From contig OZ287755.1 in assembly GCA_965649765.1 (NCBI GenBank), positions 6,386,001 through 6,450,000 on the forward strand: 64,000 bases of DNA. Direction: 5' to 3'. Below, one piece after another: positions 1 through 12,463 of the stretch. The translations under genes were made by a program, and so were the position numbers. Position 1 is the first letter of the stretch, and the number at the start of each line of letters is the position of its first letter. Origin of the DNA: Bispira polyomma (Eukaryota). The notes beneath the pieces are model-generated. The model saw nothing but the letters and a program-made list of their open reading frames with translations. It was not told where the DNA came from and searched no databases.

Positions 1-470
1 TTAGAGAGCAGGATTTTGTTTTCAGATAATAGAAGCTTAATACATAAAAAGAACAATTGTACTATAAAACAATAGAAAATCAATAAATTTAGGAGAGTGT
101 AAATAAAATATTAAAATTGAAATTATTTGGATAACAGACGTTGATATAATAGATAATAGTTTTACTGTAGTATTTATCGCTTTTGTTTCAAGCTTCTTTT
201 CAAATATGTGTGGCTTACGCAAGTGTTGAATAAAACTATAGACCAGATGTTATTTCTCTCAGGTCAGAGTCACAACTCCCTCCCAATTGTTATTTCACAG
301 CAAGACCATTAGCTTGTATGTCTATATACATTTAATGAATAGTTATGCCTGACATAAACTTCCTCTGACAAGATGTTCATAATAGATAGTTCACAAAAGT
401 TCCTGGTAGTGGCCGTATTCTCAAAAGATCCCGAGCTCAAGTCAGACTTAAAGCTCTAATGCATATCTAT

Positions 471-851
471 GGACATATTTTGACGCATGCTATGAGAAAT
501 GGTATATTTTGGCACATGCTATGAGAAATGGCAGATTTTGGCCAATGCTATCAGATATAGCAGATTTTGGCCCATGCTATGAGACATAGTATATTTTGGT
601 GCATGCTATCAGAAATGGCATATTTTGGCGCATGCTATCAGAAATAGCACATTTTGGCCCATGCTATCAGAAATGGCATATTTTAAAGCAGACTATCAAA
701 AATGAAATATTTTGGAGCAGGCTATCAGAAATGACATATTTTAGAACAGGCTATCAGAAATTGCATATTTTGGCGTATGCTACCAGAAATGGCATATTTT
801 GGCGCATGCTATCAGAAATGGCATATTTTGGTGCACGCTATCAGAAATTGG
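471..851. repeat. 29-bp minisatellite, about 13 copies (unit GCATGCTATCAGAAATGGCATATTTTGGC)
   Basis: Unit visibly repeated with point variants. ORF 596..892 is its translation. Confidence 0.9.
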
Positions 852-2112
852 ATGTTTCTGGGTTTTTTTGTCCCATGTTGACTCAGACTTAAATATATTA
901 GTACATATATTGCCTTAATTGGTCAATAGACTTAACATCATTATAACTTACAAAATTGAAAGACCCTGATTATCAAGCAACATGAATTGCGATCCTTGGG
1001 AGAACTTGATACTGTTTGAAAAAAAGTAGATTCCTGAATAGGCATTTCAGTAAACTCGGGCAATATTTACAAAATAGCATGAATTAATCACTGATCTAGA
1101 TTTAAAACAAAGTCTTAGCTCTTTTGTGAATACTGCCCCTGTTCCACATTTACAAAGTAACCCACGATTGGTCAAGGGTACACCAGAAGTTTCTACATTA
1201 GAAATCTTGTTTGTGTCAGTTTTTTTTGAAAAACCGTTTTTAGGGGAAAAAGAACACCACAAGGATATTTCATATGAATTTACATGAATTATAAGACCAT
1301 TTTGAGAAGATTGTGACAATAATATATACACAATATATAAAAAAGAAGATCAATTTTTTTCTTGTTTAACCACTTCGTCCTTAATATAACATATTTAAAA
1401 CATGTTCTGACAAATACCTGGAAACTATCGTCATGATCAATAAAATGACATGTACAAAATCCTTTAATCTCTGCACTCTAGGTCTATATATTAAACCGAC
1501 AGTAATAGGTCAATTCCCCTTATTACCTGAGCCTTTTATATGGTTGACTATTGGGAAAACAATTATATGATATAACACTTCTAGTGGTAACATAAGAAAA
1601 ATTGTCCAATCTTTTTAAAACTATTCCAATAAGTTTATCTTCATTTTTCTATTTATTTTTTTGGCATGCATCTGCAAAATGTTGAAAAAATAATTAAATG
1701 TGTATATTCAATGAAACTTAAAATTTAAAAAAGACAATAAATTGAGAAGGAACACTTGCTTCTTTACAGTACCTTCTACATTTGGTCAAAATGGTAGTTT
1801 CTATATTTAACCACAAAAGAGTTAAACACCTCTGTCTTGGTGATTAGCATAAAACACTGGTGGATATATGTACATCTATTCTATAATGTAGACATGCATT
1901 CATGCTTTACGTGAATCTGTATCAGTAATGGAGTACTGAAGTAAAAATATCAGGTGATACACTTTAAGATGCTCTCATTGATACGGTTACGGTTGAGATC
2001 AGTTATTCATAAAACGTAGCACGAAACCTCTTTGAATTGTCTTCAGTTCCACGCCCCCAGATAATTAGAAGTTGTGAAGTTAAAAAAGAGATTTGAACCA
2101 AAGAGTAATTAT

Positions 2113-2362
2113 AGAGATAGTAGATATGGCTAGTTGAAGATATTGATAGTAGATAAGGCTTAGTGAAGATACTGATAGTAGATATGGCTAGGTAAAGCTA
2201 CTGATAGTAGATAAGGCTAGGTGAAGATATGGCTAGGTGAAGATACTGATAGTAGATAAGGGCTAGGTGAAGATACTAATAGTAGATAAGGCTAGGTGAA
2301 AATACTGATAATAGATAAGGCTAAGTGAAGATACTGATAGTACATAAGTCTAGGTGAAGCTA
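2113..2362. repeat. 29-bp minisatellite, about 8 copies (unit GATACTGATAGTAGATAAGGCTAGGTGAA)
   Basis: Direct tandem repetition visible. Confidence 0.9.
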
Positions 2363-3029
2363 GACTAGCTAGTAACGGAAGAGCAGAAAAACAATTAAAC
2401 AATCAACCAAGAGTTGGGTAATACCATTGAATTAATCAAGTTTTATTTAATAACCATATAATTTAAAACCATTAAACACCAACATGATGAATCCTAGACC
2501 GAGTTTTCTGTCCTTGACAATGCTTTGATTAACTGACGTGCACTTGTCGATGTGTAATGATAAAATATATGTCAATATTTACAAATAATGATATTTAATT
2601 AATCAAGTACTTTTAGGTTGGTTGTTTTGTAAGTTCTAATATTGAGTACGGCTATTGTATTTATCAATATACAACCACAGACTAAATAAAAATATGACAG
2701 TTCTTTTGTTATAGGTGTCGTTACAACATTTACAACAATTTGGTATGGTAAATAACTCTGTCCCTCGACAAGCGTACAGTCAGTAATTCAAAGCATTGGA
2801 AAACTTGGTCCAGGTGTACCCATAAATTAAAAGAACAAGAACATCAAAAACTAGAAAACTAAAACATTAAAAGTTGCAAGTGCAACTTTAATATATAAAA
2901 GAGTCACTATCATAGGAGTTATTTATACAATAATGATAAACACTGAAAGTTAAAACATTTGTTACATAGTATGTCTTTAACCATACCCACAGTATGTATG
3001 TCCCTAATGTTCAAATTATACATTGGGTT

Positions 3030-3612
3030 TCCTTGTATGTCATCAGTCATGATATCCCGCACTGTGTGGAATATGCACGGATTTTATGGCCTTAACACCT
3101 AACCATGCCAAGTTTATGTCTATATGTGTTCCATTCTGACTTCTAACTAAATTACCCACTATGTGATCACTCATGACATCACGCCCTGTATGTCACTACA
3201 CTGATTGTCATGGCCTTCACACTGAACCATGCAATGTTTTATGTCCATATATTTTCTTTTCCGACTTCTAACTAAATTACCCACTATGTCATCACTCATG
3301 ACATTCCTCCTATATGGGTACTGCCTTCACACTAAAATATGGACTATGCCATGTCCATGTTTTATGTCTATCTGTTCATCAATTTGAGTGACAGATCAAT
3401 TACCCCCTATCTCATTCATTATGACCTGGCATCCTATGTAAACGCTTGGAATGACCTTCACACTTCAATATGCCATTATTGTTTTGTCATTATGTTTGTT
3501 ACTTTAAGTTATAATTAGGTTACCAATTTACGTCATCAGTCATGGCATGATGTTCATATATCATCACACTTGTTTTCCATGGCCTTGACACTTAAGAATG
3601 ACATGTTTATGT
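3030..3612. repeat. Degenerate tandem repeat, about 120-125 bp unit, 4-5 copies
   Basis: Recurring motifs TATGTCATCA(C/G)TCATGAC, ATGGCCTTCACACT and GACTTCTAACTAAATTACCC at about 120-bp spacing. Confidence 0.7.
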
Positions 3613-4713
3613 TTTGTGTTTTTCTAAAATGCTTTGAAATTTGCTGAAATGTTGATGAAACTATTTACCCATATTTAGTGATTATTTAAGTGTTTTCTAT
3701 ATTTTGTGTTGCATTTTAAGGAAGTAGCTTGCGGCGTTCGCTGCTTGTCTGCCTTGAAAGAAACTTGTGTGCTATCATCCAATAATTTTACAAAACATTG
3801 TGGGACTAAGCATTTGTATAGCATTTTCCAAATCACTCCTGCATTGCCTTACCTTCTTTACTATTGGTTTAGCCCCCAATAGATGTGTACCAAACATGAG
3901 TTCAGATTGCTGCAAAATCAGTTAAATGTCAGACAACCACCTGGACATTGATTGTGCTTGGTTTACTCAGGTCCGGTAGTTACTGTATGTAGTATATTAT
4001 ATGGGGTATATGCATTTGGTACATTTTGGCATCACTGGTGCCCAAATTTTGGACGTTACACCCTCCACAGATCTTAAAAGTTTTCCTAATATATTCACAA
4101 TATTGCTGTTCTGCTCCTTGGTTGGGGCCGAGATCTTGATAACTGTCAGACTGTCTTGGAAGCCAAATTCTTTATGGGAAGATAGATCATTCGCTTTCTG
4201 TGGATTTGCTTCAACACCACAACAGTACTCGCGTCTTTATCATATGTATTCCATCCACCTTCCATATTGTTTTCACACTTCTAGCACCAGCAAGAGTCAA
4301 AGACATTGTACATGTGTAATAAGGCACGCTACTAAATGTCACATCACTGCACATAAACTGAAACTATCACCTAATTCTTCACTAAAAGAATTTCACTAAT
4401 ATTATTGTTTTTTTTTTTTTTAAAGTTTGTACTCTCTTTTCAAAAGTTGTATACAAAATATATTTACAGTAAATTAGTTAAGAAAAGTCAACTTTCATAT
4501 GGGGAAGGTTGAGAAGACATATCAAAGCAGGATCAGACAAAACATGTATCATTTGGGAATTCATTATTATCTTCTAAAGTTGCACTTCACCACCTGTAAA
4601 CTCATTTTTGGTCCACCCAAAAAACGTACAAACATTTGCACATGATATGATATATGCATTATATAAGGAGATTTATACAAGGTACTTTCTAATTTTAGTA
4701 CAGTCACTTTAAT

Positions 4714-7700
4714 TTATACACATATTCCTAAATGATCATACTCCTTACATGTGGCATACACACTTGTATTGTGTACAGTATATGAATAACCAAAGAGTTC
4801 CATGTCATTCTTGTACATTTTTTCAACTTTTGATAACCAGTACTTTTGGTTCGTTAAGTTTGAAAACAAAGGCAAATATCGACCTCGCTTGCCATTGTCA
4901 GCTGTTGTTCTCATGTTATTGAGATTTAACACAGTTCCATGTCCACCTAGCTTGGTTTGAATTACATGCTTTAGATCTTGATTGAGGGACTCTGTCTTTG
5001 CAATGTACCTATACAATTGATAAAAAAATCAATGTCATTCAGAATAAAGCTATTAGCACATTCCTTGGTGTCTCTAATTATAAAGCAAATTTGTCAATAA
5101 ATGGGGACAGAGGATGGGATTTTTGTGTGGAAACTATCTCACTTTCAAACAGACTTATAAACATGGAATACACGAGAGTTTGAATTTGAATTTGGATATT
5201 TAATGTCCACTCTAGTACCTTTTAGTAGGTTATATTGGGATGGGTAGTTGGAAACGCTGGAGGAAACACTGCATAAAGTCGGTCAAGGTTCTGCAGAGAA
5301 ACCAGCGGACCACAGTAAGGAACTACCACCTTTCCCACATAGGCATCGACGGGATTCGAACTCATGCCGCCCAGAGGTGAGAGACCAGTGATTGTGAAGC
5401 GCAATGCTTGCTAACCACTAGGCCACCGCGGCCCCTGGAATACACGAGAGTTTGTAACAGGTGTTTAATTGGAAATGTAAAATTAGCTTTAGAATTTAGT
5501 GTAGTAAGGTCAAACATTTTAACAAAGTGCCATTTTAAGTCAAGTCACTTTGTAAAATCAGTATAATTTCTTATTATTGAAAAAATGCAAAGGACAGTTT
5601 TTTTTTCATAAACCTGAATTGTACCTTTACAGGCAAATTGATGAGACTTTAAATGCAGAAAAATATGTTTTGATAATATTTAATAAAATTTCGGATCTTG
5701 CACAACTCTAAGATTTAGTATTCCACCTTTAAATATTGGAAGCGAAAGATATTTTTGCAATAAAAGGGAATACAGATTGATAAGGTCTGTACTACACATA
5801 AACGATGATAGAAAATGAGATTCCCCTTTTCTATCAATGCCTTGTAGTTGATGATCTTGGCAAAAATCTGTTTAATGAAGTAAAACTAGTTGTGAAAATG
5901 ATAAAGTTATCAAGTATAGTAATTGGTATGCAACAATGTTGTCTAATTATGTTCTGTTTCCCCCAACTTCAAATGGGCCGCGGTGGCCTAGTGGTTAGCA
6001 AGCATTGCTCTTCATAATCACTGGTCTCTCTCTCTTCTGGGATCAGCTGGCGTGGGTTCGACTCTCGTCGATGCCTATGTGGGAAAGGTGGTAGTTCCTT
6101 ACTATGGGCCACTGGTTTCAGTGCAGAACTTGGATCAACTATTTGCAGTGTTTCCTCCAGTGCTTCCACCTACCCGACTACCCAATATAACCTAAACAGG
6201 TACTAGAGTGGACATTAAATATCCCAATTCAAAATTCACCCAACTTTAACATTGTCATGATTTTTTTGAAGTAACTAATAAGCCATGCTTGCTGACTGTA
6301 TGTTCTTGTTTAGTCTTTGACAAACCTGTATATAACTAATTATTTGTATGATATACACTTAAAAGGAAATATTGCTACTTACTACGCTATATATTTAAGA
6401 AAACATTGTTAACATATCTTTTCATTTTGTCCATCTCTCTTACCTGTAGGGTATGGAACAAGGGAATGCCTGGTCATATATACCTCTCCAGTGGTCATTG
6501 GGTGTGACACATGCATGTTGCAGGAACTCCGCAAACATGATATGTCTTCCATCTTTAGCAAGGCGTTCCACTTCGTCATGACTGATATTTCTCTTCTCAA
6601 GAATTCTCTGTCGGACACTATAAAGGTTTGATCCAATCACCTTGTCCACATAGGCTGATTCTAGTCTGTCAAGTGGATTTCTCACTGTTAAAACTGTGAA
6701 ATATGTCTTCAGTGATAACAGCAGTGTTGACTTATTTAAGGTGGTCCCAACTCTGGTTTTGCTGTTGTTTAGTGTATAGAACACTTTGAAAAGGCCAGGA
6801 CGTTTTTCACCATCGTTTACCTTTTTGACCGTGTCACAGTCTCCGGCACAGCTGTTCTCTAGAAGAGCCAGTCTCCAAGATGTACACCCGGTTTTAGGTA
6901 TGCCGAACAATGTAAACTTGTATGCTTCATTCACCAAAATCTTATGACTTATGGCTGACATTTTTGTGCCAGAATATTTTTGTGACAGGTTAGTGACGTC
7001 AAATCCCAATTTTTCACAGGCTCTATGTAACACCATAAGCCTTCTGACGCTGACATCTCTGTCAATGTCTTCTACTCTTCCAGTTTTAGCCAATGGTTCT
7101 AATAAATATATGCATAAAACTATATGTATATATGTATATAACTATATATATATACTCTATAACAATACAACCTAATTTTGTAAATTACCATAGAGAATGA
7201 TTTACATGGTTCCAATCTTTCGCATCTGCAAGGGTACATTGATGTATTCAATTGGTAGACAAGTAAATATATAATTGATCAGTTTTAATCAATATTATTT
7301 ATATGCTATGTTTGTGACTATAAAATAAATGTCAAAAAACGTATGTATGCAATGTTTCTAGCTTTTTAAATTAAATGTAAAAATAAATACATTTTAATAA
7401 ACGAATTTAGGTTTGATATAGTTGTTATTTTAAAATTGATCTTTAGAAACAAATTAGCTACAGTTCTACTGGATTTTCAAACACTTCTGTTGTTGCCAAT
7501 GCCAAATTCACATATGACATATACACTGGTCAAAATACAATAGGACCCATACATACAAATGTTGGTAATTTCAAAAGTGTGGAGAATTTTAAGTATTATG
7601 ACACATACTTGTGTTGACACACATACTTTCCTTTTTTCAAGCTGGTTTTGCTTCCCCCCAAAAAAAATTTCAATGAATTACCAAGCAAATAATGTGATGG

Positions 7701-9606
7701 GCGAGAAATCCAAAGTCACAAGCACAGGACAACAGATGTCAAAGAAAATAAAAGTTGTCTTTGACTTGCCAATTTATTGAAAACATGACTGTTAATAGTG
7801 GGTTGTAGCCCCATTCAGATTAATACACTCAGTACAATGTCTTTCCAAGAGTGTTCAAGATCATATTCCACCTCTTCCACTGTGGCCATTCAGATCCAGG
7901 CCGTCAGAAAGAGTGGGTAAACCTGGAAAAGCAAGTCTTCCAGAATACTGTTGTGACTATTCAAAGACATTGTATGGAGTGCATAAACCTGAATGGGAGT
8001 AGAACCTACTATTAAAAGGGAATTTTACATAAATTGCTAACTTAAAGACAACTTCGTTTTATTAACATCTGAAAAATCTGTGTGCTAAGCATATTTAGAT
8101 TTCTTGCCCATCACAAGATTTTCTGTGTAATGTTTTAAGGGAAAATTTTTTGAAGCAACAATAGCTTAGAATAAGGAAAATGGATATGTTAATACAAATA
8201 CATATTAAAATAATTAAAATTCTCCACACTTTTGAAATTACCTACATTTATATGACTGAGTCCAATTTTAATTTGACTAGTGTATATTCGAATAAATTGC
8301 CTGTTAAATCAGGGCCCATATTCACTAAAGTTCTTATACTTATAATAAGAATTTTTGTTATCCACTAAACTCCATAGAATGTTTTGATAGTTTTAAAATT
8401 TTTTCTAAGAATGAGCTTTAATTCTAAGAATGGTCAAGACCTAACTGAAAGATTATGTATTTCTATTCACAATTCTTAGCTTAGAAAATTCTTATATTTA
8501 GAAAATGTTCCTAGTATTGAAAGAGAAATCTTTTATTTTATATAGTATAAGAATGATCTTTTTTTTCTTTTTTTTTTTGTCTTACATATATTTACAAATA
8601 CTTTCAAAATTTAACATAGTATAGTACACATATCTAGTAAACAAATATAGTGTTACACTTTACATTATTTACTTAACAATTATAATAGAACGCATTACAT
8701 TGAACATTGTCCTAGTATAAGAATGATTCCTTTTCCAAGTATGAGAATGATTTTAAGTATAATAACTTTAGTGAATACGGCCCAAGATTACATAAATCTA
8801 ATGCCATTTTTACTTTTGTTTTTAAAGCACTTCAACTTTGTCCAATTTGTATTTTCATGGTTACTGCATGCAATAGACACCCGATTAACTTTCATGGCAT
8901 TATCAGGATTAAATAAAAGTATCAAACTCTCAATGAGTTTGGGTATTCATTGATTAATTATGGTTTGATTTGTGTATAGCTTGCATTGCAATTTTAGGAT
9001 TTAATATAAATTTAAAACTTTGAATAAAGATGAATATTCATTGTTTAATTATGGTTTAAATTGGGTACAGAATAAACCAGTATGGTAACATTGCAACTAG
9101 TTTTTCCACCACCCGATGCAAGAGTTACATCTTTTGTAGTTTTCAAGTAAATTAAATTCTAATATTATTAAGTTTTAATGTAATAATGCAATAGAATAAT
9201 ATACAAACCAATATTTAAAGTCTAGTTTGACTTGAGGGGTAATCTTACCTCTTGATTTTTTTACGAATACTGAATGTATTGTTGTGATGAAACAGTTTTA
9301 CACTCTTTACCTTTAAATATTTTATAATTTAATATAATAAGGTATGTCCTGTCAAACAATTGATTGCACATTGATTATATCAACATGGAAATATTTTATT
9401 TGTTAACAAGTCGTCTAATAAGCTAATGTTTGCTCGGATGAATCATTAACATATATTGCAACAGTTATCATAAAAGTATTCTGCAGTCTCTTTTAGTAAT
9501 ACTTACCTGTTTTATTAATCCAGGCTACAACTATAAGTATCATAATGAAAGCGAGGAGTGATGATAATACACATCCTGTTTTAAGTTGTTTCTGAAAAGT
9601 AGCCAT
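4714..9606 (-). CDS. Carbohydrate sulfotransferase (CHST8-14/HNK-1ST, Sulfotransfer_2 family), type II membrane protein; exons 9606-9507, 7098-6444, 5008-4714
   Basis: Exon 1 MATFQKQLKTGCVLSSLLAFIMILIVVAWINKT is a TM anchor. 5'-PSB IPKTGCTSWR, 3'-PB VRNPLDRLESAYVDK, HW..PCSIPYRYIAKTESL and YKNDMELFGY are present. GT-AG junctions are phase-compatible (1, 2). Confidence 0.9.
5183..5435 (-). mobile_element. tRNA-derived SINE (family 1), full length, with 19-bp target-site duplication
   Basis: A box TGGCCTAGTGG and B box GAGTTCGAATCCC. TSD TGGAATACACGAGAGTTTG at 5164-5182 and 5436-5454. The paralogous intron near 21826 is an empty site. Confidence 0.9.
5975..6237 (+). mobile_element. tRNA-derived SINE (family 1)
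   Basis: GGGCCGCGGTGGCCTAGTGGTTAG head, GGGTTCGACTC B box, same body as the other copies, AATTCAAAATTC tail. Confidence 0.88.
7524..8282. mobile_element. Tc1/mariner-type MITE with long (about 330 bp) inverted arms and TA target duplication
   Basis: TA|CACTGGTCAAA ... TTTGACTAGTG|TA. Perfect 29-bp inverted match 7564-7592/8214-8242. Absent from the paralogous intron (about 23430). A further partial copy lies at about 57090-57372. Confidence 0.85.
8312..8783. mobile_element. MITE with GGGCC termini (PIF/Harbinger-like)
   Basis: TIRs GGGCCCATATTCACTAAAGTT / AACTTTAGTGAATACGGCCC, internal TAAGAAT subrepeats, absent from the paralogous intron (about 23460). Confidence 0.75.
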
Positions 9607-10149
9607 TTATCCATCTATCTAAGTTATCCTTATAAATAAATTCTTCATATATGCACTTGAATATGTGTATATGTGTTATCCCTGATATACTAATTATCCC
9701 CATTATATTCTCAAAAGAAGTCTCGCATTGCAGAAGAACTGTGAGGTACACCTATTAATGAAAATCAACTCTTTGATTGATCACCTGATACCTGATGCTA
9801 ACTATGAAAGTAACAAAGACTGGGACTGTCAAGTTTTACAAATGGTCTATTATTGTTAACGGAAAATATGTATACACATTATTGATTCAGATATTATACT
9901 TATATATTATATTATACTTATTGATTCAGATATTATACTTATATATTCCACATATATTCTTGTAAAATAAAGAGTTGAAGAGAAATTTGATTCGAACAGC
10001 AACTGAATATTTAGTAGCAAACAAAAGCAGTGGTGTCATCAATTTGGAACTGTAAAATTAGCTATTTGATACTGTTTGCAACAATGTCTGTCCACTTTGC
10101 AATGTGTAGCCGTCATGACCATAAAGGGATCCGATGTTTCAGTTCACCC

Positions 10150-10931
10150 TAATACTATATACTATTTTATATATCAACCTTAACCACTGGGGACCGAGTT
10201 GGCCAAGATTTACTCTGTCTATTCACCCACACATTATCACTTTCTTTGTTAGGTGGGACAAGACAATATCTTTTTACTTTAAGTGTTATTTTGTTTATTT
10301 TTGCGATTTTTAAGTAAGATATAATAGATTTATAAAAATACAGAACAAAACAGATAAGGAAAAGCACCATCAAGGGGAAGTCCACACAGCGAAAGGCAGT
10401 AGAAGGAGAAGTAAACGACAGTTTGGTCACAGGCTTTAAGGTTCAATTTGCATCTCCCCTGCCCTGCTTACACAGCACGTTATCCAGATCCCCGTAGATA
10501 CCAGAATCAATTATATCACTCCAGCTCACGTAGCAGCCTCTCACATTCCAGGCGGTCACCAGCCCATAAAAGCTACACGTATACCAAGTTCGGATAGTCA
10601 TGTCTGTAATGACAGTGATTTTGGACAGACTGGTTAAATCTAATGACATAATGAATAGCTGCCTAGATAGGATGGAAGCATGTGAGGTCCAGAGTTCTAC
10701 TCTGACAGTTTTTTTGGAATGTGATGTATACCAAAACAACCCGATAGTTAAATATGCTACGACAAGTAACACTCGTCAATCTGACAACGCAAATAACGCA
10801 AACACAACCTATTGCTCTTGCTGAGTACACAAGTGATCTAATGTGCCTTCCCGATGTTCAAGCCCTAGTCAACCAGGCTAACAAAATTTCACATGCCAAA
10901 ATGAGTTATGCCACCATTCATGTGATCAATT
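10150..10931 (+). mobile_element. 5' part (gag relic) of an old decayed DIRS-order element E1, interrupted by element A
   Basis: ILDRLVKSNDIMNSCLDRMEA and LPDVQALVNQ resemble gag of element D ([27 protein letters not shown]). The left boundary is approximate. Confidence 0.5.
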
Positions 10932-11445
10932 GCTAGGTAGCACGAAGGTGCTAGTGGGTTCAGTGCTTCAGGTAACATAATACTAGCATGTAACCCTCAC
11001 CAATTGACCCCAAGATTCATTGGTGTCACCTGCCCTCATTAAACCCCAGCCTGGCGCCAAAATACACATTTGCCTCACTTTAAAAACTAAATCTGAAGTG
11101 GCAAGACGCCATTTTAAGCAAATACACAAAAATAAATGTTGAACTTTTTCGTGGATCTTAGTCATTTTAGTCTTTATTTTAGTATTTTAATCAAATAGAT
11201 GTCTACAGAAGGACTCGACTGTGCTTATGGATCCAGTGGTTGCAGCGCTCCTGTGATATAATAACTCTGTTTTGAGTCTTGTGATTATTGGCTTCAACTT
11301 GTTGGGGCAATATTAGAGGGACGTTATCAGGCTTTGTATACAGTTTTCAGACCATCCTTCGGTATTTTATTTCAAATTCTGAAAAAATAAACCTCTAACT
11401 CAATATTCACAGGTATCAAAACAGCCGTATCATATATTTATACAG

Positions 11446-12441
11446 ATGGCACCGAGAAAAACATATTATTGTGAGGCATGTGGTGGACACCATCAAAAGC
11501 CTATAAACGAGAAATGTAAAGTGGTATTAAGAGAAATGGACAGTGTTTCTGTAGTGAACAGTGATACAAACTCAGGGAATATCTCGTCAAATGAGGTAAA
11601 CCTGTTGATTCTAAAACAACTAAATGACTTGAGCTCACGCATGGACAAATATGAACAGAATAGTGTTACGGAGCCCCGTCGGACACACACAAGTGTGATT
11701 CCTGTCAGCGTACAGGCGTCACAGCCAGCGACAGCAGTGGCAGCATCCAGTGCACCCCAGATAAGTGAGACTGTGGTGCCGTCCTTGCAGACCCTGAGGC
11801 AAGCTACAGACCTACAGGTGGCCGTGGATAGCAGACTGCGAGAGCTACAACAAGTTAATGAACAAGGTACGTTCTGGTCACAAAGAGGCGGTCAGGAAAC
11901 AATATGGGTGAAGCGTCAGGTACCCTGGCCCCAAAACTTTATCCTAGGTGGTAGCAATAAGTCCAGAATGTCCTACGATGCGTTGTCAATGGCCCAGTGG
12001 GTGGCTGGGTTTAGTTCCATAATTAGAGAAGAAACAAACATTGAAACAAAAAACCATATGCTTGAGTATATGTCTGACCTTATGGAAGACTCTCACGATT
12101 TCACTTGGGTAGCGGCCAAAGGTAGCCATGCGGTGTTAACATGTAAGATGGAAGAGGGGAAATTATCTTGGCAAGACACCTCAAAAATTGATAGGGTGAG
12201 AAGGGCTCATGCCCAAAAGGTTTTGGGGGGTCAAACTTCGGGCTCTGGGGTAACCAAGAGAAATAGTGAGAAATCCATCCCGTGTAAATTCTTTCAGAAG
12301 GGTTCGTGTCCCCAGAAAGGGGACCACGAGACCAAGGGACAATTGTATGCGCATGTATGTGCAAACTGTCATGCCACAGGCCGTTCTTTCCCACACTCGG
12401 CTAAAGACTGCCGTAAAAACAGCAGTGCAAAAAACGAGTAG
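11446..12441 (+). CDS. gag: Gag-like ORF1 of element A
   Basis: 331 aa. N-terminal CEACGGHH..C and C-terminal CKFFQKGSC..H..HVCANC..H..C Cys/His fingers. Homologous ORFs in C and D. Confidence 0.88.
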   Translation: MAPRKTYYCEACGGHHQKPINEKCKVVLREMDSVSVVNSDTNSGNISSNEVNLLILKQLNDLSSRMDKYEQNSVTEPRRTHTSVIPVSVQASQPATAVAASSAPQISETVVPSLQTLRQATDLQVAVDSRLRELQQVNEQGTFWSQRGGQETIWVKRQVPWPQNFILGGSNKSRMSYDALSMAQWVAGFSSIIREETNIETKNHMLEYMSDLMEDSHDFTWVAAKGSHAVLTCKMEEGKLSWQDTSKIDRVRRAHAQKVLGGQTSGSGVTKRNSEKSIPCKFFQKGSCPQKGDHETKGQLYAHVCANCHATGRSFPHSAKDCRKNSSAKNE

Positions 12442-12463
12442 GGCACTGCAGTATTGCAGTGCC
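12430..12463 (+). promoter_or_regulatory. Predicted -1 programmed ribosomal frameshift signal
   Basis: A_AAA_AAC in gag frame, 5-nt spacer after the heptamer region (GAG TAG), then a perfect 9-bp stem GGCACTGCA-GTAT-TGCAGTGCC. Pol is in the -1 frame and open from the slip site. Confidence 0.8.

Noticed and set aside
471-892. 29-bp repeat array and ORF 596..892 as a CRISPR array or gene
   Set aside because: Units are head-to-tail with no unique spacers, the context is eukaryotic and there are no cas genes. The ORF is just repeat translation.
1040-1800. Possible LINE 3' relic on the minus strand
   Set aside because: Only vague Cys/His fragments; too decayed to support.
4001-4399. 132-aa ORF
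   Set aside because: No recognisable motif or splice context, so it cannot be supported as a gene.
5222-6169. Short ORFs over SINEs (also 22004..22189 and 39592..39822) and SINE heads as tRNA genes
   Set aside because: They are translations of SINE sequence. The heads have A/B boxes but continue into a SINE body with TSDs.
12439-12463. Frameshift hairpin sequence (GGCACTG) matching the element 3' terminus as an ICR
   Set aside because: The match is short and absent from copy C. The frameshift role explains the hairpin adequately.
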